Notes: a model not told the origin generated them from the letters alone. Numbered from the stretch's first letter, positions 37,736 to 47,184 are shown. The stretch is 64,000 nt of DNA from an uncultured Acidobacteriota bacterium (GCA_963700145.1 OY969474.1:608001-672000), one strand, 5' to 3'. A program made the numbers and translations.

Positions 37736-39895
37736 CTACCTAGCCCTCTTCTTCCCTGCCAGCACCCGCTCGTAGACCTCCTCGACCTCCTCGGCGTGCT
37801 CGTCCATGCTCTTCACCGCCGGCAGGCGCGCCCGCCAGGCTGCGAGCAGGTCCGGCTCGGCGATCAGCCGCTCGACCCAGCCGCGCAGCTCCTCGGGGCG
37901 CTCGGGGTCGAAGAGCGCGCCCGCCGCCTCGCCGGCCGAGTCGGCCCACAGCTCGGCGAGGGCGCCGCGGCGGCTCGCCAGCACCGGCACGCCATGGTGG
38001 AGCGCCTCGCGGGCCACCAGGCCGAAGGACTCCAGGCCCAGGGAGGGGACGACGAGCAGGTCGAGCGCCGCGAAGAGCGCCGGCTTCTCCGCCTCGGCGA
38101 AGGGGGGCCGCAGCTCGACCCGGCCGCCCCCCAGCGCCTCGACCTCGGCGGCGTAGGCGGGGTCGATCGTCCGGTCCCCCCAGACGGTCAGGCGGGCGCG
38201 CGCCGGATCGATGGCGCGGAAGGCTGCCGCGGCGACGTGCGCCCCCTTGTGCGGCATGAGCGACCCGATGACCCCGTAGCGCAGCGGCTCGCCCGCGGCC
38301 CGCGGCGGGCGCGGCGCGCGGGGCGGCGTCTCGACGCCGTAGGGGACGACGTACGCAGGATCCTCGGGGCGCAGCAGCCCGAGGGCGAGGTAGCTGTCGC
38401 GGATGGCGCGCGAGCCCATGAGCCAGGCGTCGGCGCGGCGGAAGGCCGCGTGCGCCGCCCGCCCGCGCTCGGCGTAGAGCAGGCGGTTCCAGAGCCCGGC
38501 GGGCGGCCGGCGCGTGAGCGGCAGGCAGGCCGCGCACTTGCCCAGCCCGGGCCCGCTGCAGAGCCGTCGCCGGTGGTCGAGTAGGTTGGCGCGGGCGCAG
38601 GGCGTCCACCAGTCCTGGACCTGGTAGAGCAGGGGGACCCGCCGCCGCGCCGCGCCGCGGGTCAGCGAGAAGGCGTGGCCGGCCAGGTGGTGGACGTGCA
38701 CCAGCTCCGGGCGCACCTCCGCGAGCAGGCGCGCGAAGTCGGCGTCGAAGGCGCGGTCGCGGATGGCGTTGCGCGACAGCGGGTCGCGCTGCGTGAAGTT
38801 GTTGGCGACGAGGCGCACCCGGGCGCCGCCGTCGAGCAGCTCCAGCGCCTCGCCCTTGCTGCGGCGCGGGTCCGCATAGCGGGCGTAGACCGCCACCTCC
38901 CGCCGCTCCGCCTGGCGCAGGACGAGGCCGCGGGCGTAGGTCTCGGTGCCGGCCGGGCTCCAGGGCGGCCAGCCGTGGACGAGGTGGACCACCCGGCGCG
39001 GCCCGCGGGGCGGCCGCTCCCGACGCGGCCGCAGCGCCGCGATCACCCGCTCGCGCGCCGGCGCCAGCGGGTCCTCGGCGATGAAGCGCGCCACGGCAGG
39101 CAGGTAGCCGGGGTGGCGGCGGCGCATCACCCGGTGGGCGGCGCGCACGCGCGCTTCCCGCGAGGCGCCGAAGCTGCTCTGGCCGGCGTGCCAGATGAAG
39201 GTCGCGTCGTCGAGCACGTGCCGCCAGCCGGCCGCCGCGGCGCGACAGCAGAAGTCGGTCTCCTCACCGTAGCCGAGGCCGAAGGCCCGCTCGTCGAACG
39301 GACCGACGCGCTCGAGCGCCGCGCGGCGGATGTAGAGGCAGACGCCGACGCCGGTGGGGAGGGGCGGGCGCTCGTGCGCCGCGACGCGCTCGACGAGCGC
39401 GGCGAAGGCGTCCAGGTCCCGGCCGGCGGGGAGGGCGTTGACCTCGAGGAAGCGGGGGAGCGAGCAGATCGTGGCGTGGTTGGAGAACGGCGTGGCGGTG
39501 GCGACGTCCGGTGCCGAGAGGGCGGCCGCCTGCAGCTTCTCGAGCCAGCCTCGGGTCACCACCGTGTCGCTGTTGAGGAGGACGACGTCGCGCCCCGACA
39601 GCGCCATGCCGCGGTTGACGCTGGCCACGAAGCCCCGCCGCTCCGGGTTGCGGAGCAGGAGGACGCCGCTGTCCGCACCGGCGCCGGCCGGCGGGGCGGC
39701 GGCCGCGAGCCGCGCCGCCAGCGCCGCGACCGGCGCCGGATCGAAGCCGGGGCCGGCGTCGTCGACGACCACCAGTCGGTGGCGGTGGAGGTCGGTGTGG
39801 CGCTCGAGGCTCGCCAGGCAGGCGGCGAGCTCCGCGGCCGCCCCGTAGACCGGCACGATCACGTCCACCGGTCCGGGCGGCGGGTTCCCGCTCAG
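37736..39895 (-). CDS. Bifunctional GT2 + GT4 glycosyltransferase
   Basis: VDVIVPVY, LLNSDT, GYGEETDFC; then GTETY, PHKG, ESFGLVAREA. Probable CTG start at 39895. Confidence 0.85.
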   Translation of the reverse strand: MSGNPPPGPVDVIVPVYGAAAELAACLASLERHTDLHRHRLVVVDDAGPGFDPAPVAALAARLAAAAPPAGAGADSGVLLLRNPERRGFVASVNRGMALSGRDVVLLNSDTVVTRGWLEKLQAAALSAPDVATATPFSNHATICSLPRFLEVNALPAGRDLDAFAALVERVAAHERPPLPTGVGVCLYIRRAALERVGPFDERAFGLGYGEETDFCCRAAAAGWRHVLDDATFIWHAGQSSFGASREARVRAAHRVMRRRHPGYLPAVARFIAEDPLAPARERVIAALRPRRERPPRGPRRVVHLVHGWPPWSPAGTETYARGLVLRQAERREVAVYARYADPRRSKGEALELLDGGARVRLVANNFTQRDPLSRNAIRDRAFDADFARLLAEVRPELVHVHHLAGHAFSLTRGAARRRVPLLYQVQDWWTPCARANLLDHRRRLCSGPGLGKCAACLPLTRRPPAGLWNRLLYAERGRAAHAAFRRADAWLMGSRAIRDSYLALGLLRPEDPAYVVPYGVETPPRAPRPPRAAGEPLRYGVIGSLMPHKGAHVAAAAFRAIDPARARLTVWGDRTIDPAYAAEVEALGGGRVELRPPFAEAEKPALFAALDLLVVPSLGLESFGLVAREALHHGVPVLASRRGALAELWADSAGEAAGALFDPERPEELRGWVERLIAEPDLLAAWRARLPAVKSMDEHAEEVEEVYERVLAGKKRAR

Positions 39896-41184
39896 CGTGC
39901 GGCGCTCCCCTTCTTCTTCTGCAGGATGAGGCGCTCCAGGGCCCGCGCCGTCGCCGCCGCCAGCCGCTGCAACCCCTCGAGGTCGATGCGGCCGAGCGGG
40001 CCGCCGGCGGCGTCGAGGTAGAGCACCGTCACCAGCCGGTCGCGCAGGCGGATCGGCAGGAGGAGGCACTCGCGCGGCAGCTCGCCGCCCCAGCAGGCGG
40101 CCAGCTCGCGGTGCGCCGGCATGTCGGCGAGCGGGCCGACGTGGAGGCCGCTCCCCTGGCGGAGGTTCAAGAAGACCGACGGCTGGTCGAAGCCGACGGC
40201 GAAGCGCGCGAAGCGCTCGGCATCGATCCCCTCGCCCTGCGCGAGCCACCCGGCGACCCGCTCGCGCACCACCTGCAGCAGGGCGACGCGGCGGTAGGCC
40301 GGCGCCAGGAAGGCGACGAGGAGGCGCCCGATCTCGTCGCGCCCGGCCGCCGCCGTCAGCGCCTCCTCCAGCTCGGGCAGCGAAGCGAGGGTCGGGGTCG
40401 GGGGAGGAGCCGCCTTCCCCGGTCCGGCCCCCAGCGCGGCGCGCTCGGAGACGGTCAGCGCCACCGTGCGCGGCCGGGCGGGCTCCGGCTCCGCCGGCGC
40501 GGGCGGCGGCGGGACCGGTTTCGCGGCTGGCGCCGGTTTCTGGACCGTCGCGGCGACGACCGCCGGCCGCGGCTTGGCGTCCCGTCGCGGCAGCGGCTCC
40601 GCCGGCTCGGACAGCTCCGGCAGGGACAGCTCCCACTCGCCCTCGAGCGTCCGGACGGCCGCGGCCGCGGCGACCGGCTCGCCCGGCTCCGGCTCGCGCT
40701 CCCAGAGGTAGCGGGCGCGGTTCAGGCGGTCGAGCAGATGGACGAAGCGCAGCGGCGGCTCCTCGCCGTAGTAGCGGTCGAGCGCCTCGTGGATGCGCGC
40801 CTCGTGGAGCACGTGCACCCGCACCCGCTTGCCGGTGGCGAAGGCCAGCTCGTCCTGGGCGGTGAGGTTGTGCGGATCGAGCATCGCCACGTCGAGGCGC
40901 CCGCCGGCCACCCGGATGGGGACGGCGCGGCAGCGCCGCGCCACCTTCGGCGGCAGCAGGGCGAGCGCGTCCTCCGCAACGCTGCGCAGGTCGTCGACGC
41001 CGGCGGCCGGCACGCCGAGCTGCTCGGCCAGGCCCTTGAGCAGCAGGTCCTCGCTCAGCGCCTCCATCTCGAGCAGGCAGGTGCCGAGCTGACCGCCGAC
41101 GGCTTGCTGGTTCTTGAGCGCGCGCGTCAGTTGCTGCACGCTGATCCAGCCGCGCGTCACGAGCAGCTGACCGAGCTTGTTCAT
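39892..41184 (-). CDS. Stand-alone MshEN (GspE/PilB N-terminal) domain protein with C-terminal GAF-like domain, no ATPase
   Basis: KLGQLLVTRGWISVQQLTRALKNQ...QLGTCLLEM..LAEQ, VAMLDP, Pro/Ala linker, LLPIRLRDRLVTVLYLD; no Walker A. Confidence 0.8.
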   Translation of the reverse strand: MNKLGQLLVTRGWISVQQLTRALKNQQAVGGQLGTCLLEMEALSEDLLLKGLAEQLGVPAAGVDDLRSVAEDALALLPPKVARRCRAVPIRVAGGRLDVAMLDPHNLTAQDELAFATGKRVRVHVLHEARIHEALDRYYGEEPPLRFVHLLDRLNRARYLWEREPEPGEPVAAAAAVRTLEGEWELSLPELSEPAEPLPRRDAKPRPAVVAATVQKPAPAAKPVPPPPAPAEPEPARPRTVALTVSERAALGAGPGKAAPPPTPTLASLPELEEALTAAAGRDEIGRLLVAFLAPAYRRVALLQVVRERVAGWLAQGEGIDAERFARFAVGFDQPSVFLNLRQGSGLHVGPLADMPAHRELAACWGGELPRECLLLPIRLRDRLVTVLYLDAAGGPLGRIDLEGLQRLAAATARALERLILQKKKGSAAR

Positions 41185-41313
41185 CGAGGCCGCGGTCGGT
41201 TTCAGATTGGAACCTCTAAGCCATTGGAGGCCAGCGACTTAGGAGTAAGTATTGAATTATACGAGCGGCGTCGTCGCCTTGGCAAGCGCCGGCGCGCGCG
41301 CTATCCTCTCGTC

Positions 41314-43257
41314 GTGAAGCCGGTTTGCGCGCTCCTCCTGCTCCTCCTCCCGGCGCCGGCCCTCGCCCAGACGCCCGCCGCCGCGCCGCCGACCGCCGAC
41401 ACCGCCGCCTATCACTTCACCCTCGCCAAGGCGCTCGCCGGCGAAGGGGAGTACGACGACGCCCTCGCCGCCTTCGCCGAGGCCGAGCGGCTCGACCCGC
41501 GCGACCCGTTCATCCCGCTGGAGCGCGCCCAGCTCATTCTGCGCGCGGCGCAGGTCCTGCGCGGGCCGGGCGCTGCCGAGCGGATCGCCGAGGCGGCGCG
41601 CGCGGTGGGGCGGGCGCGGGAGCTGGCGCCCGAGTCGCTCGACGTGCTGCGCGGCGCCGCGGAGGTCTATCTCGACCTCGCCGCCGCCAGCCCCGAGGCG
41701 CCGGCGGCGCTGGAGGAGGTCCTGGAGGCGCTGACCCGCCTCGACCCCGAGGACGTCCAGGCGCTCTTCGCGCTCGGCCGCCTGCGGCTCGACCGCGGCG
41801 AGGCGGAAGCCGCCGCCGAGGCCTTCCGCCGCGTCGCGGCCCTCACCCCCGAGAACCGCGCGGCCACCGGCTTTCTGATCGAGGCGCTGCTCAAGGCCAA
41901 GAAGGGCGAGGAGGCCGAGGTGCTGCTCGCCGAGCTGCTGGGGCGCGACCCGGCGGCGCTCGAGGCGCGCATCACCCTCGCCGACCTGCAGGGCGAGCGC
42001 GGCGACCACGCCGCGGCGCTCGACACCCTGCGCGGCGCGCCGGCGGCGCAGCGGGACGACCCCCGCCTGCAGCGGCAGATCGGCTCGGCCCTCTACCGCG
42101 CCGGCGACCTCGAGGGGGCGCTGGCGGCCGCCGAGGCGGTCCTCGCCCGCGAGCCGGGCGAGCGCCAGCCGGTGCTGCTCAAGGCCCTCGTCCTCGCCGC
42201 CCAGGGGAAGAACCGCGAGGCGGGCGAGCTGCTGGCGGGCCTGCGCCGGGAGGACCCCGCGAACCTGGCGCTCGCCGGCATGCAGGCGCGCCTGATGGTG
42301 CGCGACGGGCGCGCCGCCGAGGGCGCGGCCCTCCTCACCGAGCTGCGGGCCGACCTTGCCGCGGAAGGCAAGGCGAAAGAGGCCGAGGAGGCGGGGCTCG
42401 AGATCGTGCGCGTGCACGCGGAAGGGGAGCAGTGGGACGCGGCCGTCAAGGCGGCGGCGGAGTTGGGGGGGGCGGCCGATCCGGAGGTGCGCGAGGCGGC
42501 CCTCGCCCTGCGCCTCGACGCCCTGAGCGAGCTGGAGCGGCATGCCGAGGCGCTGGAGCTGCTGGAGCAGCGGGACGCCGGCGCCGGCGCGGCGGAGCGC
42601 GACTTCGCCGGCAAGCGCGGGGAGCTCCTGGTGCGCACCGGCCGCGGCGCCGAAGGGGAAGCCCTCCTCGCCGACCTCGCCGCCTCCGAGAAGCCCGAGG
42701 AGGTGCTGGCCGCGGTCCAGGCCTACCACCGCCTGGAGCGCTACGAGGCCTCGATCGCGCCGCTGGAGCGCCTGCTGGCGCGCCAGCCGGCCACCGCCCC
42801 GGTGGCCTTTCTTCTCGGCGCCGCGCACGAGCGCGAGGGGGAGCGCGGCGAGGCCGAGAACGCCTTCCGCCGCGCCCTGGAGATCGAGCCGGGCTTCCAT
42901 CCGGCGCTCAACTACCTCGGCTACATGCTGGCGGAGAAAGGGGAGCGGCTGGAGGAGGCGCTCGGTCTGGTGCGCCGCGCCGTCGCCCTCGAGCCGGACA
43001 ACGGCGCCTACGTCGACTCGCTGGGCTGGGCCCACTTCCAGCTCGGCCAGTACCAGGAGGCCCTCTCCTTCCTCGAGCGGGCGGCGCGTCTCGAGCCCGG
43101 CGCCGCCACGATCTACGAGCATCTGGCCGACACCTACCGGGCGCTCGGGCGCGCCGACGACGCGCTCCAGCATTACCGCCGGGCGCTCGCCCTCGACGAC
43201 GAGAACGCCGACGCGGTGCGCCACAAGCTGCGCGAGCTCGAGACCGCGCGTCCCTGA
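41314..43257 (+). CDS. Exported TPR-repeat protein
   Basis: GTG at 41314, signal peptide ending ALA, ALNYLGYMLAE and AYVDSLGWAHF TPR motifs. Confidence 0.88.
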   Translation: MKPVCALLLLLLPAPALAQTPAAAPPTADTAAYHFTLAKALAGEGEYDDALAAFAEAERLDPRDPFIPLERAQLILRAAQVLRGPGAAERIAEAARAVGRARELAPESLDVLRGAAEVYLDLAAASPEAPAALEEVLEALTRLDPEDVQALFALGRLRLDRGEAEAAAEAFRRVAALTPENRAATGFLIEALLKAKKGEEAEVLLAELLGRDPAALEARITLADLQGERGDHAAALDTLRGAPAAQRDDPRLQRQIGSALYRAGDLEGALAAAEAVLAREPGERQPVLLKALVLAAQGKNREAGELLAGLRREDPANLALAGMQARLMVRDGRAAEGAALLTELRADLAAEGKAKEAEEAGLEIVRVHAEGEQWDAAVKAAAELGGAADPEVREAALALRLDALSELERHAEALELLEQRDAGAGAAERDFAGKRGELLVRTGRGAEGEALLADLAASEKPEEVLAAVQAYHRLERYEASIAPLERLLARQPATAPVAFLLGAAHEREGERGEAENAFRRALEIEPGFHPALNYLGYMLAEKGERLEEALGLVRRAVALEPDNGAYVDSLGWAHFQLGQYQEALSFLERAARLEPGAATIYEHLADTYRALGRADDALQHYRRALALDDENADAVRHKLRELETARP

Positions 43258-43961
43258 AAACCTCCCTCGGCCTCGCCGCGGTGCTCCTCGCCGGCTGCGC
43301 CGGGGCCGGCCCGGTCCCGGTCCACCACCCGGAGACTCCCATCTGGGAGATCCCCGCCGCGGCCCTCGGTTCGCAGCGCCTTTACCGGGTGACCACCTCG
43401 GGGACGCAAGGGGAGGGGAGCTTCCGCCTGAGCCTCCTCCTCGCCTCCCCGGAGCGCTACCAGGTGCGGGCCGTCGATCCGGTCGGCCGCGCGCTCTGGA
43501 CCCTCGACGTCGAGGCCGAGCGCGGCCTCTTCCTCGACCACCGCAGCCGCGCCTACTGCGTCTTCGAGGGGCGCTTCGACCTCTCGGGCGTGCCGCTGGC
43601 GCCCTTCCCGCTGATGTCGCTCCCCGCCCTCCTGCTGGAGCGTGTGCCGGGGGAGCCCGCCGCGCCGCCGCGCCAGAGCGGTCGCGAGGTGGCCTTCGCG
43701 GACGCCGGCGGCCGCCGCTGGACGGCGACCCTCGACGGCGGGCGGGTGGCGAGCTGGACGGTGTGGGACGGGGAGACGCCGGCCTACCTCTGGGTGCGGC
43801 GGGGCGACTGGGCCATCCTCTCCGACCGCCGGCAGGGGGTGCAGGTGCGCTGGCGGCAGGTGCTCAGCGAGCCGCTCGGGGCGGCGCCGGCGGCCCTTTC
43901 GCCGCCCGAGGGCTTCCGCGCCGGCGACTGCCGTCCGGTGCCGGCCGGGGCCGGCGGTTGA
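43254..43961 (+). CDS. Lipoprotein, possibly LolA/LolB-like fold
   Basis: CTG start overlapping the upstream TGA; lipobox LLAGC; occupies the usual lolB position after the TPR gene. Confidence 0.55.
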   Translation: MKTSLGLAAVLLAGCAGAGPVPVHHPETPIWEIPAAALGSQRLYRVTTSGTQGEGSFRLSLLLASPERYQVRAVDPVGRALWTLDVEAERGLFLDHRSRAYCVFEGRFDLSGVPLAPFPLMSLPALLLERVPGEPAAPPRQSGREVAFADAGGRRWTATLDGGRVASWTVWDGETPAYLWVRRGDWAILSDRRQGVQVRWRQVLSEPLGAAPAALSPPEGFRAGDCRPVPAGAGG

Positions 43962-44065
43962 TCTATTCCCCCGGTTTCACATAGCATCAGGTCTCTCCCG
44001 CAGAGCCGTCGTGTACGGAATCGCCGGCCAGGGCCTGCCGCTCGGGGGGAGTGGAGGAAGAGGCG

Positions 44066-44470
44066 ATGGAGATCACCGAGGTCAAGGTCTTCCCGGTCCA
44101 GGAGGAGAAGCTCAAGGCCTTCGTGTCGGTCGTCTTCGACCACTGCTTCATGGTCAACGACATCAAGATCATCCACGGCAAGGACGGCCTCTTCATCAGC
44201 ATGCCCAGCCGCAAGAAGAAGAACGGCGAGTTCAAGGACGTGGCGCACCCGCTGAACAACGAGACGCGGCGGGTCATCGAGACGCGCATCCTGGGAGAGT
44301 ACGAGCGGGTGCTGGCCGAGCGCGGCGAGCGTCCCGCTGAAGGGGTGCAACGGCGGCCCGACAACGAGGCGGCGGAAGCGCCGCCGGCCGTTTTGCAGCC
44401 GCCGCCGGACAAGAGCCTGGAGGAGATCCAGGAGCTGCACCTCCGCGATTCGTTCTGGACGATCACGTAA
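44066..44470 (+). CDS. spoVG: SpoVG nucleic-acid-binding protein
   Basis: MEITEVKV...LKAFVSVVFD...DIKII...LFISMPSRK...FKDVAHPLN. Confidence 0.95.
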   Translation: MEITEVKVFPVQEEKLKAFVSVVFDHCFMVNDIKIIHGKDGLFISMPSRKKKNGEFKDVAHPLNNETRRVIETRILGEYERVLAERGERPAEGVQRRPDNEAAEAPPAVLQPPPDKSLEEIQELHLRDSFWTIT

Positions 44471-44531
44471 GCCCGTATCATCCGGCGGAGGAAGACGGCG
44501 GCGCCGCGCCATGAAGGCACGGCTTCGGCAC

Positions 44532-44605
44532 TGGGGCGTCGCCAAGTGGTAAGGCACCAGACTTTGGATCTGGCACCGGAGGTTCGAATCCTCCCGCCCC
44601 AACCA
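44532..44605 (+). tRNA. tRNA-Gln (UUG)
   Basis: Acceptor TGGGGCG/CGCCCCA, anticodon arm CCAGA-CT-TTG-GA-TCTGG, T arm GGAGG-TTCGAAT-CCTCC, encoded CCA. Confidence 0.97.
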
Positions 44606-44617
44606 ACCTGAGGGACC

Positions 44618-45559
44618 ATGCCCGGCGAGCTGAAAATATTCGGGGGGCGCGCCCACCCCGCCCTGGTGCAGGAAATCTGCGAATACCTCAACGTCGAGGC
44701 GGGCAACGTCGTGGGTTACAAGTTCTCCGACGGCGAGACCTTCTGCCAGATCGACGAGAACGTGCGCGGCTCGGACATCTTCGTCGTCCAGCCGACCTCG
44801 GCGCCGGTCAACGAGAACCTGATGGAGCTGCTCATCCTGCTCGACACCTTCAAGCGCTCCTCGGCCTCGCGCATCACCGCCGTGCTGCCGTACTACGGCT
44901 ACGCGCGCCAGGACAAGAAGGACCGGCCGCGGGTGCCGATCACCGCCAAGCTGGTGGCCGACCTGATCTCGAAGGCCGGCGCCGACCGCGTCCTCACCAT
45001 GGACCTCCACGCCGACCAGATCCAGGGCTTCTTCGACGTGCCGGTGGACCACCTCTTCGCCGCGCCGGTTCTGCTCGAGGCGGTGCGCGAGATGGACGTC
45101 CCGAAGCTGGTCATCGTCTCGCCAGACACCGGCGGCGTCGAGCGCGCGCGGGCGATCGCCAAGCGCCTGGAGGTCGGCCTGGCGATCGTCGACAAGCGGC
45201 GCACCGCCCCCAACGAGGCCGAGGTGCTGCGCGTCATCGGCGAGGTCGACGGCTGCAACTGCCTCATCGTCGACGACATCATCGACACCGCCGGCACCCT
45301 GACCAAGACCGTCGAGGCGCTCAAGCGCGAGGGCGCGCAGCGGGTGCTGGCAGCCGGCGTGCACGGCATCCTCTCGGGGCCGGCGCTGCAGCGCATCGAA
45401 GCCTCGCCGATCGAGGCCGTTCTGATCACCAACACCACGCCGCTCGACGAGAAGCTCGCCCGCTCGAGCAAGCTGCGGCCGCTGTCGGTTGCGCCGCTCC
45501 TGGGCGAGGCGATCCGGCGCATCCACGAGAACAGCTCGGTGAGCTCGCTCTTCGTCTAG
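44618..45559 (+). CDS. prs: Ribose-phosphate pyrophosphokinase
   Basis: FSDGE, PYYGYARQD, VSPDTGG, VDDIIDTAGT. Confidence 0.97.
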   Translation: MPGELKIFGGRAHPALVQEICEYLNVEAGNVVGYKFSDGETFCQIDENVRGSDIFVVQPTSAPVNENLMELLILLDTFKRSSASRITAVLPYYGYARQDKKDRPRVPITAKLVADLISKAGADRVLTMDLHADQIQGFFDVPVDHLFAAPVLLEAVREMDVPKLVIVSPDTGGVERARAIAKRLEVGLAIVDKRRTAPNEAEVLRVIGEVDGCNCLIVDDIIDTAGTLTKTVEALKREGAQRVLAAGVHGILSGPALQRIEASPIEAVLITNTTPLDEKLARSSKLRPLSVAPLLGEAIRRIHENSSVSSLFV

Positions 45560-45599
45560 GCGGGCCTGCTGTCAGAATGAGAAGGGAAGTGAGGAGACC

Positions 45600-46253
45600 A
45601 TGAGCGAACTGACCCTCGAAGTGCAGAAGCGCGAGACCAAGGGCAAGAACTCCAACCGCCAGCTCCGCGCCCAGGGCCGCATCCCGGCGGTGCTCTACGG
45701 CGGCGGCCGCGAGTCGGTGCCGCTGGAGGTGGACCGCAAGACCGTCCTCGACCTGCTCAAGAAGGCGGGGAGCGAGAACGCCGTCTTCCTGCTCAAGCTG
45801 GGCGAGACCGGCAAGGAGCGGCACGCCATGATCCGCGACCTGCAGATCGACCCGCTGCAGCGCCACATCGTCCACATCGACTTCCAGCGCATCGAGATGT
45901 CGCAGAAGGTGCGCGTCGAGGTGCACGTCGAGGTCGAAGGCGTCCCCTACGGCGTCAAGAACGAGGCCGGCATCCTGGACTTCGTCACCCGTGCGCTCCA
46001 CGTCGAGTGCCTGCCGGGCGACATCCCGCAGCACATCAAGCTCGACGTCTCGGCGCTCCACGTCGGCCAGCACGTCGAGGCCCGGCAGCTCGAGCTGCCG
46101 CCGGGCGTGACGCTCCTCGAGGACCCGGCGCGCGTCATCGTCTCGGTGTCGCACGCCCGCATCGAGGAGAAGCCGGCCGAAGAGGTGGAGGCCGTCGAGC
46201 CGGCGGAGCCGGAGGTCATCAAGAAGGGCGGGAAGCCGGAAGAGGAAGTCTAG
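45600..46253 (+). CDS. rplY: 50S ribosomal protein bL25 (long CTC form)
   Basis: GKNSNRQLRAQGRIPAVLYG, HIDFQR, C-terminal PEVIKKG. Confidence 0.96.
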   Translation: MSELTLEVQKRETKGKNSNRQLRAQGRIPAVLYGGGRESVPLEVDRKTVLDLLKKAGSENAVFLLKLGETGKERHAMIRDLQIDPLQRHIVHIDFQRIEMSQKVRVEVHVEVEGVPYGVKNEAGILDFVTRALHVECLPGDIPQHIKLDVSALHVGQHVEARQLELPPGVTLLEDPARVIVSVSHARIEEKPAEEVEAVEPAEPEVIKKGGKPEEEV

Positions 46254-46268
46254 GCAGGGTAGGGCCGC

Positions 46269-46829
46269 TTGCCGAAGCTGGTCCTCGGCCTGGGGAACCC
46301 GGGAGAGCGCTACCGCGACACCCGCCACAACGTCGGCTTCCGCGTCGTCGAGGAGCTGGCGCGGCGGCGGGGGTCGCCGCCCCAGCGCCTGGAGTGCAAC
46401 GCGCTCGTGGTGCCCGACCCCGACCTCGCCCTGGCGCGGCCCCAGACCTACATGAACCGCAGCGGCTACGCCGCCCGCTGCCTGGTCGAGCGCTGGGAGC
46501 TGGCGCCCGAGACGTTGCTGGTCGTCTACGACGAGGTTGCCCTGCCGCTCGGCCGCCTCCGCCTGCGCCTAGCCGGCAGCCCGGCCGGGCACCGCGGCAT
46601 GGAGTCGATCCTCGAGAGCCTGCAGACCGACCAGGTCCCCCGCCTGCGCTGCGGCGTCGCCGGCCCCGACGGCCCCCCGGCCGGCGACGTGATCGCCGAC
46701 TACGTCCTCTCTCCCTTCGCCCCCGAAGAGCGCGAAACCGCCGAGGAAATGATCGCCCGCGCCGCCGACGCCTGCGAAGCCTGGGCCCGCGAAGGCCCCG
46801 AAGCGGCGATGAGCCGCTTCAACGGCTAG
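46269..46829 (+). CDS. pth: Peptidyl-tRNA hydrolase
   Basis: GLGNPG..Y..TRHNVGF, PQTYMNRSG, GHRGMESI. Confidence 0.96.
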   Translation: MPKLVLGLGNPGERYRDTRHNVGFRVVEELARRRGSPPQRLECNALVVPDPDLALARPQTYMNRSGYAARCLVERWELAPETLLVVYDEVALPLGRLRLRLAGSPAGHRGMESILESLQTDQVPRLRCGVAGPDGPPAGDVIADYVLSPFAPEERETAEEMIARAADACEAWAREGPEAAMSRFNG

Positions 46830-46830
46830 C

Positions 46831-47124
46831 GACCCATCGGGTTCGCCCGCCGACCCACTCGGTTCGGCCGCGGATCCACTCGGTTCCGCCGCAGATCCAT
46901 TCAGTTCGGCCACGGATCCAGTCGGTTTCGCGGGTGATCCATTCGGTTCGGCCGCTGATCCATTCGCTTCGACCGCGGATCCACTGGGTTCGGCCGGTGA
47001 TCTACTCGGTTCAGCCGGTGATCCACTCGGTTCGGCTGCGGATCCAGTCGGTTCCGCTTTAGATCCAGTCGGTTCCGCCGTGGATCCACGGTGTTCGGCG
47101 GCCGACTCACCGGGTTCGCCCGCC
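46831..47124. repeat. Degenerate tandem array of 14 x 21-bp units (consensus GATCCAYTCGGTTCGGCCGCG)
   Basis: Units start every 21 nt from 46831 to 47104 with no indels. Confidence 0.92.
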
Positions 47125-47127
47125 GCC

Positions 47128-47137
47128 CGTGTATAAT
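47128..47137 (+). promoter_or_regulatory. Extended -10 promoter of the rpsF operon
   Basis: TGTG-TATAAT, with TATAAT at 47132-47137. Confidence 0.7.
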
Positions 47138-47184
47138 GCGCCCCTCATTCGCCGCGGGCTGGCTCTGCCGGGCCCGCATCCCGT

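Noticed and set aside
39892-41184. GspE/PilB secretion ATPase
   Set aside because: No Walker A/B motifs; only the N-terminal MshEN part is present.
44532-44605. tRNA-Gln as an island integration site
   Set aside because: No integrase and no duplicated tRNA 3' end seen; prs follows directly.
46831-47124. CRISPR array
   Set aside because: The period is only 21 nt, there are no unique 25-45 nt spacers, and no cas genes are in the window.
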